NCBI GenBank assembly: GCA_000018565.1
Contig: CP000875.1
Location: 505,199 to 569,198, forward strand
Origin: Herpetosiphon aurantiacus DSM 785
GTDB taxonomy: Bacteria > Chloroflexota > Chloroflexia > Chloroflexales > Herpetosiphonaceae
DNA length: 64,000 nucleotides
Direction: 5' to 3'
Shown in pieces: positions 9,675 to 20,132 of the stretch (its first letter is position 1; each line of letters opens with the position of its first letter). The position numbers and the translations under genes were made by a program. The notes under the pieces are model-generated. The model saw nothing but the letters and a program-made list of their open reading frames with translations. It was not told the origin of the DNA and searched no databases.

Positions 9675-11531
9675 ATGGGTAAAGTGATCGGTATTGACCT
9701 TGGAACAACCAATTCAGTGGTTGCGGTCATGGAAGGTGGCGAGGCGGTGGTGATTCCTAACGCCGAAGGCGCTCGCACCACTCCTTCAATTGTTGCCTTG
9801 AGCAAAAACGGTGAACGCACGGTTGGCTTGGTTGCCAAGCGCCAATCGGTCACCAATCCCGAAAATACAATTTATTCGGTCAAGCGCTTTATTGGTCGTA
9901 AATTGGATCATCCCAGCGTCCAACGCGATAAAGATTTGATTCCCTACCGCATGACCAGCGCTCCCAATGGCGATGCGCGGGTCTTGATGGGCGGTCGCGA
10001 TTATTCGCCGCAAGAAGTTTCGGCCATGATTTTGCAAAAACTCAAAGCCGATGCCGAAGCCTATTTGGGTGAGCCTGTCAGCCAAGCGGTGATTACGGTT
10101 CCGGCCTATTTCGATGATTCGCAGCGCCAAGCGACCAAAGATGCTGGCAAAATTGCTGGCCTTGAAGTATTGCGAATTATCAACGAGCCAACCGCCAGCG
10201 CCTTGGCGTATGGCTTGGAGCGCAACAGTAACGAATTAATTGTCGTCTATGACCTTGGTGGTGGTACGTTCGATGTTTCCATTTTGGAGCTTGGCGAGGG
10301 TGTGTTTGAGGTTCGGGCGACCAACGGCGATACCCACCTCGGCGGCGATGATTTTGATCAAAAGATTATCGATTGGCTAGCCAGCGAGTTTCAACGCGAA
10401 AATAATATCGATCTGCGTAGCGACCGTATGGCACTGCAACGTTTGAAAGAAGCTTCGGAAAAAGCTAAGCAAGAACTTTCGAGCGTGTTGCAAACCGATA
10501 TTTCGCTGCCATTTATCAGTGCCGATGCCAGTGGCCCCAAACACTTGAACACCACTCTGACCCGTGCCAAACTTGAGCAACTGACCGCTGATTTGGTCGA
10601 ACGCACGCTCAAGCCAATCAAACTGGCCTTGCAAGATGCTGGTTTGAAGCCAGGCGAAGTTGATGAAGTGATTTTGGTTGGTGGCCAAACCCGCATGCCC
10701 GCAGTGCAGGCTGCGGTTAAAAAATTCTTTGGCAAAGAGCCACACAAGGGTGTAAACCCTGATGAAGTGGTGGCGATTGGGGCTGCAATTCAGGCTGGCG
10801 TGCTGGCTGGTGATGTTACCGACGTGTTGTTGCTTGACGTAACGCCATTGACCTTGGGGATCGAAACCTATGGCGGCGTGATGACACCATTAATTGATCG
10901 CAACACCACGATTCCAACCAAGCGCTCACAAATTTTCTCAACTGCCAGCGACAACCAAAACAGCGTTGAAATTCATGTGTTGCAAGGCGAACGGGCTGAA
11001 GCTCGACATAACAAATCCTTGGCGCGTTTTACCCTCGATGGCATTCCAGCCGCGCCGCGTGGCGTGCCGCAAATTGAAGTTATTTTTGATATTGATGCCA
11101 ACGGGATTGTCAACGTCAGCGCAACCGATAAAGCTACCAACAAAGAGCAAAAAATCACGATCACGCCATCATCGGGCTTGAATGATGATGAAATTTCAGC
11201 CATGATTCGCGATGCCGAAGATCATGCCGATAGCGATGCTCGCCGCCGTGATCAGATTGCGACCCGCAACAAAGCCGATGGCGTGATCTACGCTGCTGAT
11301 CGGATGTTGCGCGAAGCTGATGATAACGTTGATTACACTGCCCGCAACACGGTCGAAGATCGGATTGCAGCGCTACGGGCGGTGCTTGATGGCGATGATA
11401 TGGAAGCGATCAACAATCGTACCGCTGAATTGAGCGTGGCAATGCAACGACTCAAACCAGCGCCCGATTTTGGCATCGAGCCAGAAACGCCGAGCCAAGA
11501 CCACGGCTCCGCCGACGAGGTGGAACTGTAA
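9675..11531 (+). CDS. dnaK: Molecular chaperone DnaK (Hsp70)
   Basis: [22 protein letters not shown], and the full Hsp70 architecture. Start moved to the conserved MGKVIG. Confidence 0.97.
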   Translation: MGKVIGIDLGTTNSVVAVMEGGEAVVIPNAEGARTTPSIVALSKNGERTVGLVAKRQSVTNPENTIYSVKRFIGRKLDHPSVQRDKDLIPYRMTSAPNGDARVLMGGRDYSPQEVSAMILQKLKADAEAYLGEPVSQAVITVPAYFDDSQRQATKDAGKIAGLEVLRIINEPTASALAYGLERNSNELIVVYDLGGGTFDVSILELGEGVFEVRATNGDTHLGGDDFDQKIIDWLASEFQRENNIDLRSDRMALQRLKEASEKAKQELSSVLQTDISLPFISADASGPKHLNTTLTRAKLEQLTADLVERTLKPIKLALQDAGLKPGEVDEVILVGGQTRMPAVQAAVKKFFGKEPHKGVNPDEVVAIGAAIQAGVLAGDVTDVLLLDVTPLTLGIETYGGVMTPLIDRNTTIPTKRSQIFSTASDNQNSVEIHVLQGERAEARHNKSLARFTLDGIPAAPRGVPQIEVIFDIDANGIVNVSATDKATNKEQKITITPSSGLNDDEISAMIRDAEDHADSDARRRDQIATRNKADGVIYAADRMLREADDNVDYTARNTVEDRIAALRAVLDGDDMEAINNRTAELSVAMQRLKPAPDFGIEPETPSQDHGSADEVEL

Positions 11532-11535
11532 GCGA

Positions 11536-11660
11536 AAGTCAAAAATCTAAAATCAAAAGTCAGAAATCAAAGGGCGAAATACTCCAAAGATTTCGAAAAG
11601 ACCATCGATTCTGACTTTTGACCTTTGGCTTTTGGCTTTTGACCTTTGACTTTTGACTTT
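11536..11660. repeat. Inverted arrays of 7-bp repeats (AAARTCA x5 / YTTTGRC x7) between dnaK and dnaJ
   Basis: aaagtcaaaaatctaaaatcaaaagtcagaaatcaaag ... ctgacttttgacctttggcttttggcttttgacctttgacttttgacttttt. Confidence 0.75.
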
Positions 11661-11676
11661 TATCATAGGGATATGT

Positions 11677-12813
11677 ATGGCAACCGAGGCAAAGCGCGAT
11701 TACTACGAGGTTTTGGGTGTGGGCAAAAGTGCCTCGCCTGACGAGATCAAGAAGGCCTACCGCAAGTTGGCCATGCAATATCACCCCGACCGCAACCCAG
11801 GCAACGTCGAGGCTGAGAATAAATTCAAAGAAGCGACCGAAGCCTACGAAGTGCTTTCCAACGACCAAAAGCGCCGCATGTATGATCAATTTGGTCATGC
11901 TGGCAGCAGCGGTCAAGGCTTTGATCCGTTTGCCGGTTTTGGTGGCGCTGGCGGCGATCCATTCAGCACAATTTTTGATGCCTTTTTTGGCCAAGGTGCA
12001 CGCGGTGGTAGCCGTGGTGGCACTCGCCAAGGAGCCGATTTACGCGCCGACCTCGTAATTAGCTTTGAAGAGGCTATTTTCGGCACCGAAAAAGAGCTTG
12101 ATTATCGTCGGCTCGAATCGTGTGGACCTTGTGGTGGTAATGGCGCAGAGCCTGGTACCGAACCAACTCGCTGCCCCAAATGCCAAGGTTCGGGCGAAAT
12201 GCGCGTCCGCACTTTCCTCAACATGGTCACGGTAACCACCTGTGATCAATGTAATGGTCGCGGCGTGATTATTCCCATCCCATGCAAAACCTGCCGTGGT
12301 GAAGGCCGCGTTCGTGAGACCGTCAAGCGCAAACTAACCGTGCCAGCAGGCGTTGACGATGGCATGCGGATTCGGATTGGCGGCGCTGGTGATAGTGGGC
12401 CAAGTGGTGGCTCAGCTGGCGATTTATATGTCAACTTGCGAGTACAACCACACGATTTCTTTGTGCGCGAAGATAACAATATTCTGTTGCAGCTGCCAAT
12501 TAATCTGGTGCAAGCCGCTTTGGGAGCGCAACTCAATGTGCCAACTGTTGATGGCGATGAGCCATTGAATGTACCAGCGGGCACACAGGATGGCACAGTC
12601 TTTACTTTGCGCGGCAAAGGCGTGCCCTACATTGATTCATCGGGGCGAAATTTGGGCCGCCGAGGTGATCAGATGGTTGTGGTCAAAGTGCGTGTGCCAA
12701 CCAAACTCAACGACGAGCAACGCGAACTTTTCCAAAAACTTGGCGAAACCATGGGTATGGACCATTTCGAGCAAAAAGAGCGCGGCTTCTGGAGCAAAAT
12801 CTTCGGGAGTTAA
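11677..12813 (+). CDS. dnaJ: Molecular chaperone DnaJ
   Basis: J-domain with HPD (YHPDRNPG), a Gly-rich region, and four CxxCxGxG zinc-finger repeats. Confidence 0.95.
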   Translation: MATEAKRDYYEVLGVGKSASPDEIKKAYRKLAMQYHPDRNPGNVEAENKFKEATEAYEVLSNDQKRRMYDQFGHAGSSGQGFDPFAGFGGAGGDPFSTIFDAFFGQGARGGSRGGTRQGADLRADLVISFEEAIFGTEKELDYRRLESCGPCGGNGAEPGTEPTRCPKCQGSGEMRVRTFLNMVTVTTCDQCNGRGVIIPIPCKTCRGEGRVRETVKRKLTVPAGVDDGMRIRIGGAGDSGPSGGSAGDLYVNLRVQPHDFFVREDNNILLQLPINLVQAALGAQLNVPTVDGDEPLNVPAGTQDGTVFTLRGKGVPYIDSSGRNLGRRGDQMVVVKVRVPTKLNDEQRELFQKLGETMGMDHFEQKERGFWSKIFGS

Positions 12814-12941
12814 GCCATGTTGGTTAATGGGGTAGGGTTGGCTAACTAGCTACCTACCCTTTGCACCTTTGGTTTAACCACTTTTTCACCCATTGTTACT
12901 ACTTGCGATTAAATTCATGGGCAAAAAGTCGATTTTGCCTC

Positions 12942-12970
12942 TTGTAACTCGTGAGTACTTTTGGTACAAT
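12942..12970 (+). promoter_or_regulatory. Sigma-70-like promoter TTGTAA-N17-TACAAT upstream of the zinc-ribbon protein gene
   Basis: Near-consensus hexamers with 17-nt spacing, about 125 nt upstream of the ATG at 13098. Confidence 0.5.
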
Positions 12971-13097
12971 GGTTGCGTTGACATGGTTTGGTTCCTCACA
13001 TTACCTCGGACTGAGTGGATATGCAATCTCTTCCCTGAGCTTCGTGACTCCAACCTGAAACAATTGGATACATTACCATAGTTGGAGAAACAAGCTA

Positions 13098-13511
13098 ATG
13101 AGCTTTACCGACAAGACGTTGAACTGCCGCGATTGTGGCAACGAGTTCGTATTTACTGCTGGCGAACAAGAATTTTACTCACAAAAAGGCTTTGACAACG
13201 AGCCAACTCGCTGTTCAAACTGCCGCCAAGCCCGCAAGCAAAATCGCGGTGGCGGTGGCTACGAAAGCTCAAGCCGTGGCGGTGGCGGTGGTGGTTATAG
13301 CCGCAACAGCTATGGCTCAGATCGTGGCGGTTACAGTTCAGATCGTGGCGGTTACAGTTCAGATCGTGGTCAACGCGAAATGCACACCACCACTTGTTCA
13401 TCATGTGGCGGCCCTGCACAAGTGCCATTCGTACCACGTGGCGACAAACCAGTCTACTGCCGTGACTGTTTCCAAAGCCAACAATCATCATCACGCTCGA
13501 ACCGCTGGTAA
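13098..13511 (+). CDS. Zinc-ribbon protein (FmdB-like CxxC...CxxC at the N-terminus, second CxxC...CxxC at the C-terminus) with a Gly/Tyr/Ser/Arg-rich low-complexity linker
   Basis: CRDCGNEF...CSNC and CSSCGG...CRDC. Tandem 21-bp nucleotide repeats encode SDRGGYS x3. RBS ggag. Confidence 0.75.
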   Translation: MSFTDKTLNCRDCGNEFVFTAGEQEFYSQKGFDNEPTRCSNCRQARKQNRGGGGYESSSRGGGGGGYSRNSYGSDRGGYSSDRGGYSSDRGQREMHTTTCSSCGGPAQVPFVPRGDKPVYCRDCFQSQQSSSRSNRW

Positions 13512-13549
13512 GATTCTTGGGGAATCAATCCTCATTCTTATAAGCAAAA

Positions 13550-13583
13550 CCGCTGCTCTTACCAAAGAGCGGCGGTTTTTTTG
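13550..13583 (+). terminator. Rho-independent terminator
   Basis: GC-rich hairpin ccgctgctctt/aagagcggcgg followed by a run of 7 T. Confidence 0.75.
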
Positions 13584-13755
13584 TGATCCTCACAACTTCA
13601 AGATAGTTCTTTAGTACGGATCACGGAGTAGTACTAGTGCTATCCTCGATTAGCTGCGTTATACTATAGCCCATACTATTTAACACTTTTTAGCCTGATT
13701 CTTAGAACAATAAAGCCTGTTTGTAATGGTTTATCGTATGAACAACGGCCAGCGC

Positions 13756-13859
13756 TCCCTCACCCCCAGCCCCCCCTCTCCCGTACGCGAGGCGAGGGGG
13801 AACCGCTCCAGCAGTGCTCCCCTCGCCCGCCTCCGTGGGAGAGGGGCTGGGGGTGAGGG
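13756..13859. repeat. G-rich palindromic intergenic element (family copy 1)
   Basis: ccctcacccccagccccc...gcgaggcgagggg / cccctcgcccgcc...gggagaggggctgggggtgaggg. The two halves are reverse complements of each other. Confidence 0.8.
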
Positions 13860-13941
13860 AACGGAAACATGGTTGCCAACCCAATGAACCATTACACCTA
13901 TTGGCTAGCTTTGTACAACCTCTTCCAACGGAGGTACTGGC

Positions 13942-14817
13942 ATGCGTCGTGTTTGGTGGGGTGTGGCTGGTTTAGCTCTCATCGGAATGATCACAGTTTT
14001 GATTTGGTGGCTAGCAAAACCGCTTGAAACAACCTTGGAACGTGCCCAACGCACAGGCATGATCCGGATTGGCTATGCCCCCGAAGCGCCTTTCTCGTAT
14101 CGCGATGCTACTGGCACTGTGGTTGGCGAAGAGGCAGTGGTGATTACTTGGGTGATGCAGCGCCTAGGAGTTTCTCAGCTGGAATGGGTGCAAACCGAAT
14201 GGGCCGATTTAATTCCTGGCTTACAAGCTGGGCGTTTTGACTTGATTGCCAGTGGAATGTTTATTACCTGTGAGCGAGCCGAACTCCTTGCGTTTAGCCA
14301 ACCAACCTTTGCCCTCAGTCCAGCTATGCTCGTCGCTAAAACTAACCCATTGGGCATTCAGAGTTTTGCCGATTTTCAGCGGCCAGATCGGCGTTTGGCG
14401 GTGATGCGTGGTGCACGTGAGGCCGAAATTGCCCAAGCCCTGGGGATTGCGCCAGAACAATTATTATTTGTGCCCGATGTGCAAACAGGCTTGGCGGCAG
14501 TGCTGGCAGGCCGTGCCGATGCCTTAGCCTTGACCGATATCAGCATTGATTTGTTGGTATTACAAGCGCCAGATCAAGTTGAACGAGCCATGCCGTTTGT
14601 GCCACCAATTATTGATGGAAATTTAAGTATTGGCTATGGAGCCTTTGCGATGCGTCATAAGGATGCACATTTGCGCACAGCAATTGATCAACAGTTGATT
14701 GGATTTATTGGCAGTGACGAACATTATGGCTTAATTGCGCCGTTTGGGTTTTCGCGCGAGCAATTGCCCAATCGTTCAACCGCCAGTCTGCTCCAAGGTT
14801 GTGAGAATGGCTCATGA
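13942..14817 (+). CDS. Membrane-anchored periplasmic substrate-binding domain protein (family 3 SBP-like), probably a sensor partner
   Basis: N-terminal TM segment, then an SBP-like domain. ATGA overlap with the downstream histidine kinase. Confidence 0.6.
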   Translation: MRRVWWGVAGLALIGMITVLIWWLAKPLETTLERAQRTGMIRIGYAPEAPFSYRDATGTVVGEEAVVITWVMQRLGVSQLEWVQTEWADLIPGLQAGRFDLIASGMFITCERAELLAFSQPTFALSPAMLVAKTNPLGIQSFADFQRPDRRLAVMRGAREAEIAQALGIAPEQLLFVPDVQTGLAAVLAGRADALALTDISIDLLVLQAPDQVERAMPFVPPIIDGNLSIGYGAFAMRHKDAHLRTAIDQQLIGFIGSDEHYGLIAPFGFSREQLPNRSTASLLQGCENGS

Positions 14818-16955
14818 AGCGTTTTGCTTGGTTGCGGCGCAAAGAATTACGCCCATTAATCGCTTTATTGAGTGTGGCTTTAGTTTCGATTGCCCTGTTG
14901 CAATGGAATTATTACCAAATGCGCTCGATGATTCAATCGCAAATCACGGCGTTTAATGGGATGACTCAAGCCCGTTTGAATATGAAACGTGGCTATTTGA
15001 TTGCTGAGCAGGTATTAAATGGCAACCAAACCCTGCTGCCCCAAGATGCAATTGCCTATCTTGATCAGGCGATTTTGGCGGTTGATGATTGGCAGCAAGG
15101 TAAAAATCCCGTTGTAGTCTTTGATCAATTGTTGCCGCCAGATCCACCAACGCAGCAAGCGCTCACTGACTATCGCCAGCATTTGGTCAGCTTTCGAGCC
15201 TTATTATTGCAACATCTCAATCGCCCACAAGAGCAAGCCCAAACCACGATTGATCGCCGAATTGCCTTCTCAGAGTTGGAATCTGAAGCTGAGCAGTTGG
15301 AAAATCGTTTATACCTTGATTTGGAATTATCAATTAAACGGCAGGCCGAGCGCTATTCGTTGATGTTGGTTGGCTGGCTGATTTTCTTGGTGATTATTGC
15401 GGGAGTTGTCTATCGTTTGTTGGGTTTGCAGCGCTTGGCGGTGGCTCAATTGGCCGCCAGCGAAAAACAATTTCGAGCGCAATATCGTGGCATTCCAATT
15501 CCAACCTATACATGGCGTTGTATTGACGACGATTTTATTCTCGAAGGTTTTAACGATGCAGCGATGATTATTACCCAAGGAGCAATTACCAAATTTGTCA
15601 ATCAATCAGCTAGAATTGTCTATCGCAATGAGCCAGAGATTTTACACCATTTTGAGCGTTGTCAACGTGAAAAAATAACACTTCATCAAGAAATTCGCTA
15701 TGAGTTTAAATTAATCAATCAAGTTAAAGATTTGTATGTGAGCTATGTGTTTATCGAACCAGATTTTATTATGGTGCATACCGAAGATCGAACTGATCGC
15801 AATCAGTTGCAAATGCAATTAATTCGTGCCCAGAAAATGGAAAGTATTGGGCGCTTGGCTGGTGGGGTAGCTCACGATTTCAATAATTTGTTAACTGCAA
15901 TTAGCGGTTATACAACCTTGGCGATTGATAGTGCTCAGCAAGGCTTTCCGGTGGTCGAAGAATTAACTGAAATTCAACATGCCACTGATCGAGCAGCAAT
16001 GCTTACCAGTCAATTATTAACCTTTGCACGTAAGCAGCAAATCCAACCAAAAATTGTCAATATCAACGATTTAATTATGTCGATGGAGAAATTGATTAGA
16101 CGAGTTTTACCAGAATCAATTCAATGGCGAACTGTACTTAATGTTAATATTGATTTAGTTTTGGCTGATATCGGCCAGATTGAGCAAGTATTATTGAATT
16201 TAGTAGTCAATGCGCGTGATGCTATGCCTCAGGGTGGAAATTTGCTGGTTGAAACAAATAATGTTGCAGTTGATGCAAATTATGCACGAACTCATATTGA
16301 TGTACCAATTGGCAATTATGTTTTATTCGCGGTGAGCGATACCGGCATCGGCATGACCCAAGAAGTCCAGAGTCGGGCATTTGAGCCATTTTTTACCACT
16401 AAAAGCGATCACGAAGGTACTGGTTTGGGTTTAGCCACCTGTTATGGCATTATCAAGCAACATGGCGGCCATATTGGTTTGTATAGCGAAGTTAATCATG
16501 GCACGACGATTAAAATTTATTTGCCACGTTCAGAGCAAGCTCAACTCGATGATGCTCCAAGCCTCATCCAAAACTTACCTCGTGGCACGGAAACGATTTT
16601 GGTGAGCGAGGATGAGCCGCAGGTACGGGCGGTTTTGGTGCGGATGCTCCAAGGCTTGGGCTATAGCGTGCTCGAAGCACTGCATGGCTCCGAGGCCTTG
16701 GCCTTGCTCCAAGCCCAGGCGCTTGGCACAATTCAGCTCTTAATTACTGATATGGTTATGCCACAAATGGGTGGTTTTGAGCTGAGCCAACGGGTTGCTG
16801 AGCTTGATCCTCAGCTCAAAATTTTGTTTATTTCGGGCTACTCCGAGCATAGTTTGGCGCAACATCAGCAATTAGCCCAACAGCCTTTGTTGCTGAGCAA
16901 GCCATTTTCACTGGCTACTTTGGCGCAAACAGTCCGCAAGGTGCTGGATGATTAG
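14814..16955 (+). CDS. Hybrid sensor histidine kinase / response regulator
   Basis: TM segments. HisKA H-box AHDFNNLLTAISGY. HATPase N/G boxes (NARDAM, DTGIGM, GTGLGL). C-terminal receiver (LLITDMVMP). Confidence 0.9.
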   Translation: MKRFAWLRRKELRPLIALLSVALVSIALLQWNYYQMRSMIQSQITAFNGMTQARLNMKRGYLIAEQVLNGNQTLLPQDAIAYLDQAILAVDDWQQGKNPVVVFDQLLPPDPPTQQALTDYRQHLVSFRALLLQHLNRPQEQAQTTIDRRIAFSELESEAEQLENRLYLDLELSIKRQAERYSLMLVGWLIFLVIIAGVVYRLLGLQRLAVAQLAASEKQFRAQYRGIPIPTYTWRCIDDDFILEGFNDAAMIITQGAITKFVNQSARIVYRNEPEILHHFERCQREKITLHQEIRYEFKLINQVKDLYVSYVFIEPDFIMVHTEDRTDRNQLQMQLIRAQKMESIGRLAGGVAHDFNNLLTAISGYTTLAIDSAQQGFPVVEELTEIQHATDRAAMLTSQLLTFARKQQIQPKIVNINDLIMSMEKLIRRVLPESIQWRTVLNVNIDLVLADIGQIEQVLLNLVVNARDAMPQGGNLLVETNNVAVDANYARTHIDVPIGNYVLFAVSDTGIGMTQEVQSRAFEPFFTTKSDHEGTGLGLATCYGIIKQHGGHIGLYSEVNHGTTIKIYLPRSEQAQLDDAPSLIQNLPRGTETILVSEDEPQVRAVLVRMLQGLGYSVLEALHGSEALALLQAQALGTIQLLITDMVMPQMGGFELSQRVAELDPQLKILFISGYSEHSLAQHQQLAQQPLLLSKPFSLATLAQTVRKVLDD

Positions 16956-17041
16956 AGCGAATTAAGCCACAGATTGACACAGATGGTTAGGATTTGTTTT
17001 TGCATACTAACGATTCAATAGTTGTACCTACAAGCGGTTTT

Positions 17042-17067
17042 GCCACGAATTGCACGAATTACACGAA
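17042..17067 (-). repeat. TTCGTGNNN x3 tandem 9-mer repeat (minus-strand orientation)
   Basis: cacgaattgcacgaattacacgaa is the reverse complement of ttcgtgtaattcgtgcaattcgtg. Confidence 0.7.
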
Positions 17068-17114
17068 CTAATTTAAGCCTAAAACCCAATAAAATAATCC
17101 ACAAATTGAAATTT

Positions 17115-17176
17115 AGGGGGTGCAGGGGGATGAAAACACCCTGCGTTCCCCGCCTTGAGGCGGGGCGGAGGGGTGG
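17115..17176. repeat. G-rich palindromic element (variant copy 2)
   Basis: gggggtgcaggggga..ccctgcgttccccgccttgaggcggggcggaggggtg. Confidence 0.6.
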
Positions 17177-17344
17177 TGATCACGAATGAATATTAAAAAC
17201 TACTACTGTAAGCTAGAACGGAGGGAGAGTGATCCTCAATCTACGCATAAAACCCCTAAAGACTACATGAAATAAAAGCAGAATTGGCAACTAGCCCAGC
17301 TCAAGGTATGCTTAACCAAAAGCAATTTTAGAGGTAGCTGACCA

Positions 17345-17977
17345 ATGAAAAAATACAAACTAGTGCTGTTTGATTTTGATGGAACCTTGGCCGATTCAAT
17401 TCCTTGGTTGGTCAAGGCGATCAACGGCGTGGCCGAGAAATATAAGTTTCGCCAACTTACGCCCAAGGAATTTACCGAGTTGCGCGGCCAAAACCCCCGC
17501 GAGGTGATGAAATATATGCAGGTGGCTTGGTGGAAAGTGCCATTAATTGCCCGCCATATGCGCCAACTGGCCGCCCAGAATATTCGCCATATTCAGCTTT
17601 TCGATGGCATGGAATTGATTTTGGCTCAATTGGATGCTGCTGATGTGCGTTTGGGCGTGGTCAGCAGTAATAGCGAAGAGAATGTACGCCATGTGTTGGG
17701 TGATGCCTTGGCCAATGTGGTTGAGTTTTACGAATGTAGCGTGCCAATTTTTCGCAAACGTGCCCGTTTTGAGCGAATTGTGCGCAAAGCTAACCTTGAG
17801 CGCGAAAAAATTCTATGCGTTGGCGATGAGATTCGCGATGCTGAGGCGGCCAAGCAAGCTCAATTGGCCTTTGGTGCGGTGGGCTGGGGCATGAGCCGCA
17901 TTCAAGATTTTGCCCCCTATGCGCCGCGCGAAGTGTTTTTTCAGGTTTCCGATATTGCCACCCGCCTGATCGATTGA
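17345..17977 (+). CDS. HAD-superfamily hydrolase (phosphoglycolate phosphatase-like)
   Basis: Motif I LVLFDFDGTLADS. Later GVVSSNS and VGDEIRD motifs. Confidence 0.8.
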   Translation: MKKYKLVLFDFDGTLADSIPWLVKAINGVAEKYKFRQLTPKEFTELRGQNPREVMKYMQVAWWKVPLIARHMRQLAAQNIRHIQLFDGMELILAQLDAADVRLGVVSSNSEENVRHVLGDALANVVEFYECSVPIFRKRARFERIVRKANLEREKILCVGDEIRDAEAAKQAQLAFGAVGWGMSRIQDFAPYAPREVFFQVSDIATRLID

Positions 17978-18075
17978 ATTGCTGATCGAGCAACCAGATT
18001 TTTCGGTTTTTTGGGGGTACAATACATGTGGTTCAGTACTGAACGGTATTGATTGTGTGTTTTGGAGGAAGCTCG

Positions 18076-18927
18076 ATGAGCCTCGGTTCTCTAACATTTC
18101 GGCTTGGTGGTGATCTCGAAATTCGGCGGTTGGGCTTTGGTGCGATGCGCATCACAGGCGATGGAATTTGGGGCGAACCAAGCGATCGCGAACAATCTAA
18201 GGCGGTATTACGCCGCGCTGTCGAACTTGGCGTGAATTTTATTGATACTGCTGATTCATATGGCCCCGATGTCAGCGAATGTTTGATCGGCGAAGCCTTG
18301 CACCCCTACTCAGCTGATATGGTGATTGCAACCAAAGGTGGCTTGCTGCGCGGCGGCCCGAATATTTGGTATTCCAACGGGCGGCCTGAACATTTGCGCA
18401 TTTCGCTGGAAAAAAGCTTGCGCCAATTAAAACTGGAACGGATTGACCTTTACCAATTGCATCGAATTGATGCCCAAGTGCCTTTGGAAGAATCGTTGGG
18501 GGCGCTGAGCGATCTACGCAACGAAGGCAAAATTCGTCATATTGGCCTGAGCGAAGTTAATAACGAACAATTGGCCCAAGCGCAAAAAGTCGTGCCGATT
18601 GTTTCGGTGCAAAATCGTTATAGCATTGGCGACCACGAATGGGAAAGCATGGTCGATGCCTGCGAAGCCCAAAATATCGCTTTTATTCCATGGTTCCCGT
18701 TGGCGGCTGGCCGATTAACTGCGCCTGGTGGCACGCTTGATCAAATTGCCAAAAAATACGAAGCTAGCGTTGGCCAAATTGCCTTGGCATGGTTGCTCAA
18801 ACGCTCGCCAGTGATTTTGCCAATCCCTGGAACATCCAAAGTTAAGCATCTCGAAGAAAATATGGGTGCTGAAAAAATCGCCCTGAGCGACGAAGATTTC
18901 CAAACCCTGCGCGAGTTGCAAGCCTAA
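18076..18927 (+). CDS. Aldo/keto reductase family oxidoreductase
   Basis: IDTADSYG, LGLSEV and the rest of the AKR fold. RBS ggaggaag before the ATG at 18076. Confidence 0.85.
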   Translation: MSLGSLTFRLGGDLEIRRLGFGAMRITGDGIWGEPSDREQSKAVLRRAVELGVNFIDTADSYGPDVSECLIGEALHPYSADMVIATKGGLLRGGPNIWYSNGRPEHLRISLEKSLRQLKLERIDLYQLHRIDAQVPLEESLGALSDLRNEGKIRHIGLSEVNNEQLAQAQKVVPIVSVQNRYSIGDHEWESMVDACEAQNIAFIPWFPLAAGRLTAPGGTLDQIAKKYEASVGQIALAWLLKRSPVILPIPGTSKVKHLEENMGAEKIALSDEDFQTLRELQA

Positions 18928-18930
18928 GTA

Positions 18931-18960
18931 ACATCAAAAGGCAAAAGTCAGAAGTCAAAA
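18931..18960. repeat. AAARKCA heptamer array (aacatca aaaggca aaagtca gaagtca aaag)
   Basis: Same 7-bp unit as the dnaK-dnaJ intergenic arrays. Confidence 0.6.
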
Positions 18961-19021
18961 GATGGAATATGGCTACTGGCTATGGACTATCGGAACATTT
19001 TGTAGAATTGCCTTTTGTCTT

Positions 19022-19128
19022 CCCTCACCTCCTAGCCCGAACGCGAGGCGAGGGGGAACTTTCCCATTATGAAGGAAGGGTGGAACGCCCCTCGCCCACC
19101 GCCGTGGGCGAGAGGTTGGGGGTGAGGG
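19022..19128. repeat. G-rich palindromic element (copy 3)
   Basis: tccctcacctcctagcccgaacgcgaggcgagggggaac ... cccctcgcccaccgccgtgggcgagaggttgggggtgaggg. Confidence 0.8.
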
Positions 19129-19178
19129 AACGAGACCTGTCTGTTAATCTAATTATTCCATATAGCCCATAGCCACAT

Positions 19179-19203
19179 TTCGTGCTCTTCGTGTTCTTCG
19201 TGG
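19179..19203 (+). repeat. TTCGTGNNN x3 tandem 9-mer repeat
   Basis: ttcgtgctcttcgtgttcttcgtgg. Confidence 0.7.
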
Positions 19204-19442
19204 ATCAACGTTAAAAACAAAAAGGGTAGCGAGGCTACCCCAATCAACCACCACATATCACTTCCACACACTAAAATTCACACGTCGCACCCCTCGCTGA
19301 GTATTGTAGCAACTTCCTACGCAACTGCCTAGCACCTAAGTGTAACAATCAGGTAACAATTGGCTGATAAACGCCTGATGTTGCTCTGAGACTTGTTTTT
19401 TTGGCTAAAATAGCGCTATGCAACAGTTTGGAGGTTTGGGCT

Positions 19443-20132
19443 ATGAGTCGCATCCTGATTGTCGATGATGATCCAGCGATTTTGAGTGGGGTCAGCACCT
19501 TGTTGGAGCAAGCAGGCTATGAGATTGCTCAGGCGGCTAGTTTGGCTCAAGCTCGTTCGCATTTGCAGGCATTTAATCCCCCAAGCTTGGTGATTCTCGA
19601 TTTGATGCTGCCTGATGGTGATGGCTTTGAGTTGTGTCGCCAAATTCGCCAAGGTGGCCAATATCTGCCAATTCTGATGCTTTCAGCCCGCGATGAATTA
19701 CAGGATCGGGTTGAAGGCTTGACGGTTGGCGCTGATGATTATCTGACCAAGCCGTTTGCACCTGCCGAATTAGTGGCTCGGGTGCGGGCGATTTTGCGCT
19801 TGGCGCAACACCAACGTGAGACGATTGGCTCATTCGAATGCGGCAAATTGCGCTTCGATTGCGAATTACAACGCGCTTGGTGGGATGAGCAATTACTCGA
19901 ATTAACGCCTAAAGAAAGCGGAGTTTTGTTACAGCTGATGCGTCAGCCGAGCCATGTTTGGGGGCGTTTGGCCTTGCTCCAAACCGTTTGGGGCACAAAT
20001 TTCTTGGGCGATTCGCGGATTGTTGATGTGTGTGTGCAACGCTTACGTGCTAAAATCAACCAACTTGATGCGAATGCCGACCCGATTCAGACCGTGCGTG
20101 GTTTTGGCTATCGGTTAAAGTGTGAGCCATGA
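19443..20132 (+). CDS. OmpR-family response regulator (receiver plus winged-helix DNA-binding domain)
   Basis: ILIVDDD, the phospho-acceptor D in VILDLMLPDGDG, and a C-terminal wHTH (VRGFGYRL). RBS ggagg. Confidence 0.9.
   Translation: MSRILIVDDDPAILSGVSTLLEQAGYEIAQAASLAQARSHLQAFNPPSLVILDLMLPDGDGFELCRQIRQGGQYLPILMLSARDELQDRVEGLTVGADDYLTKPFAPAELVARVRAILRLAQHQRETIGSFECGKLRFDCELQRAWWDEQLLELTPKESGVLLQLMRQPSHVWGRLALLQTVWGTNFLGDSRIVDVCVQRLRAKINQLDANADPIQTVRGFGYRLKCEP

Noticed and set aside
9088-10747. Antisense ORFs within grpE/dnaK (9088..9492 -, 9671..9856 -, 9786..10130 -, 10377..10747 -)
   Set aside because: They overlap near-certain chaperone genes and have no start context. Typical shadow ORFs.
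13135-13614. ORFs 13135..13614 (+) and 13153..13494 (-) overlapping the zinc-ribbon protein gene
   Set aside because: Alternative frames of the tandem 21-bp repeat. The 13098 frame has the paired CxxC motifs, an RBS and a terminator.
13702-13884. Pro/Gly-rich small ORFs inside the G-rich palindromic elements (also 18969..19172)
   Set aside because: The ORFs exist only because the repeat lacks stop codons. The same repeat occurs 5 times with no conserved reading frame.
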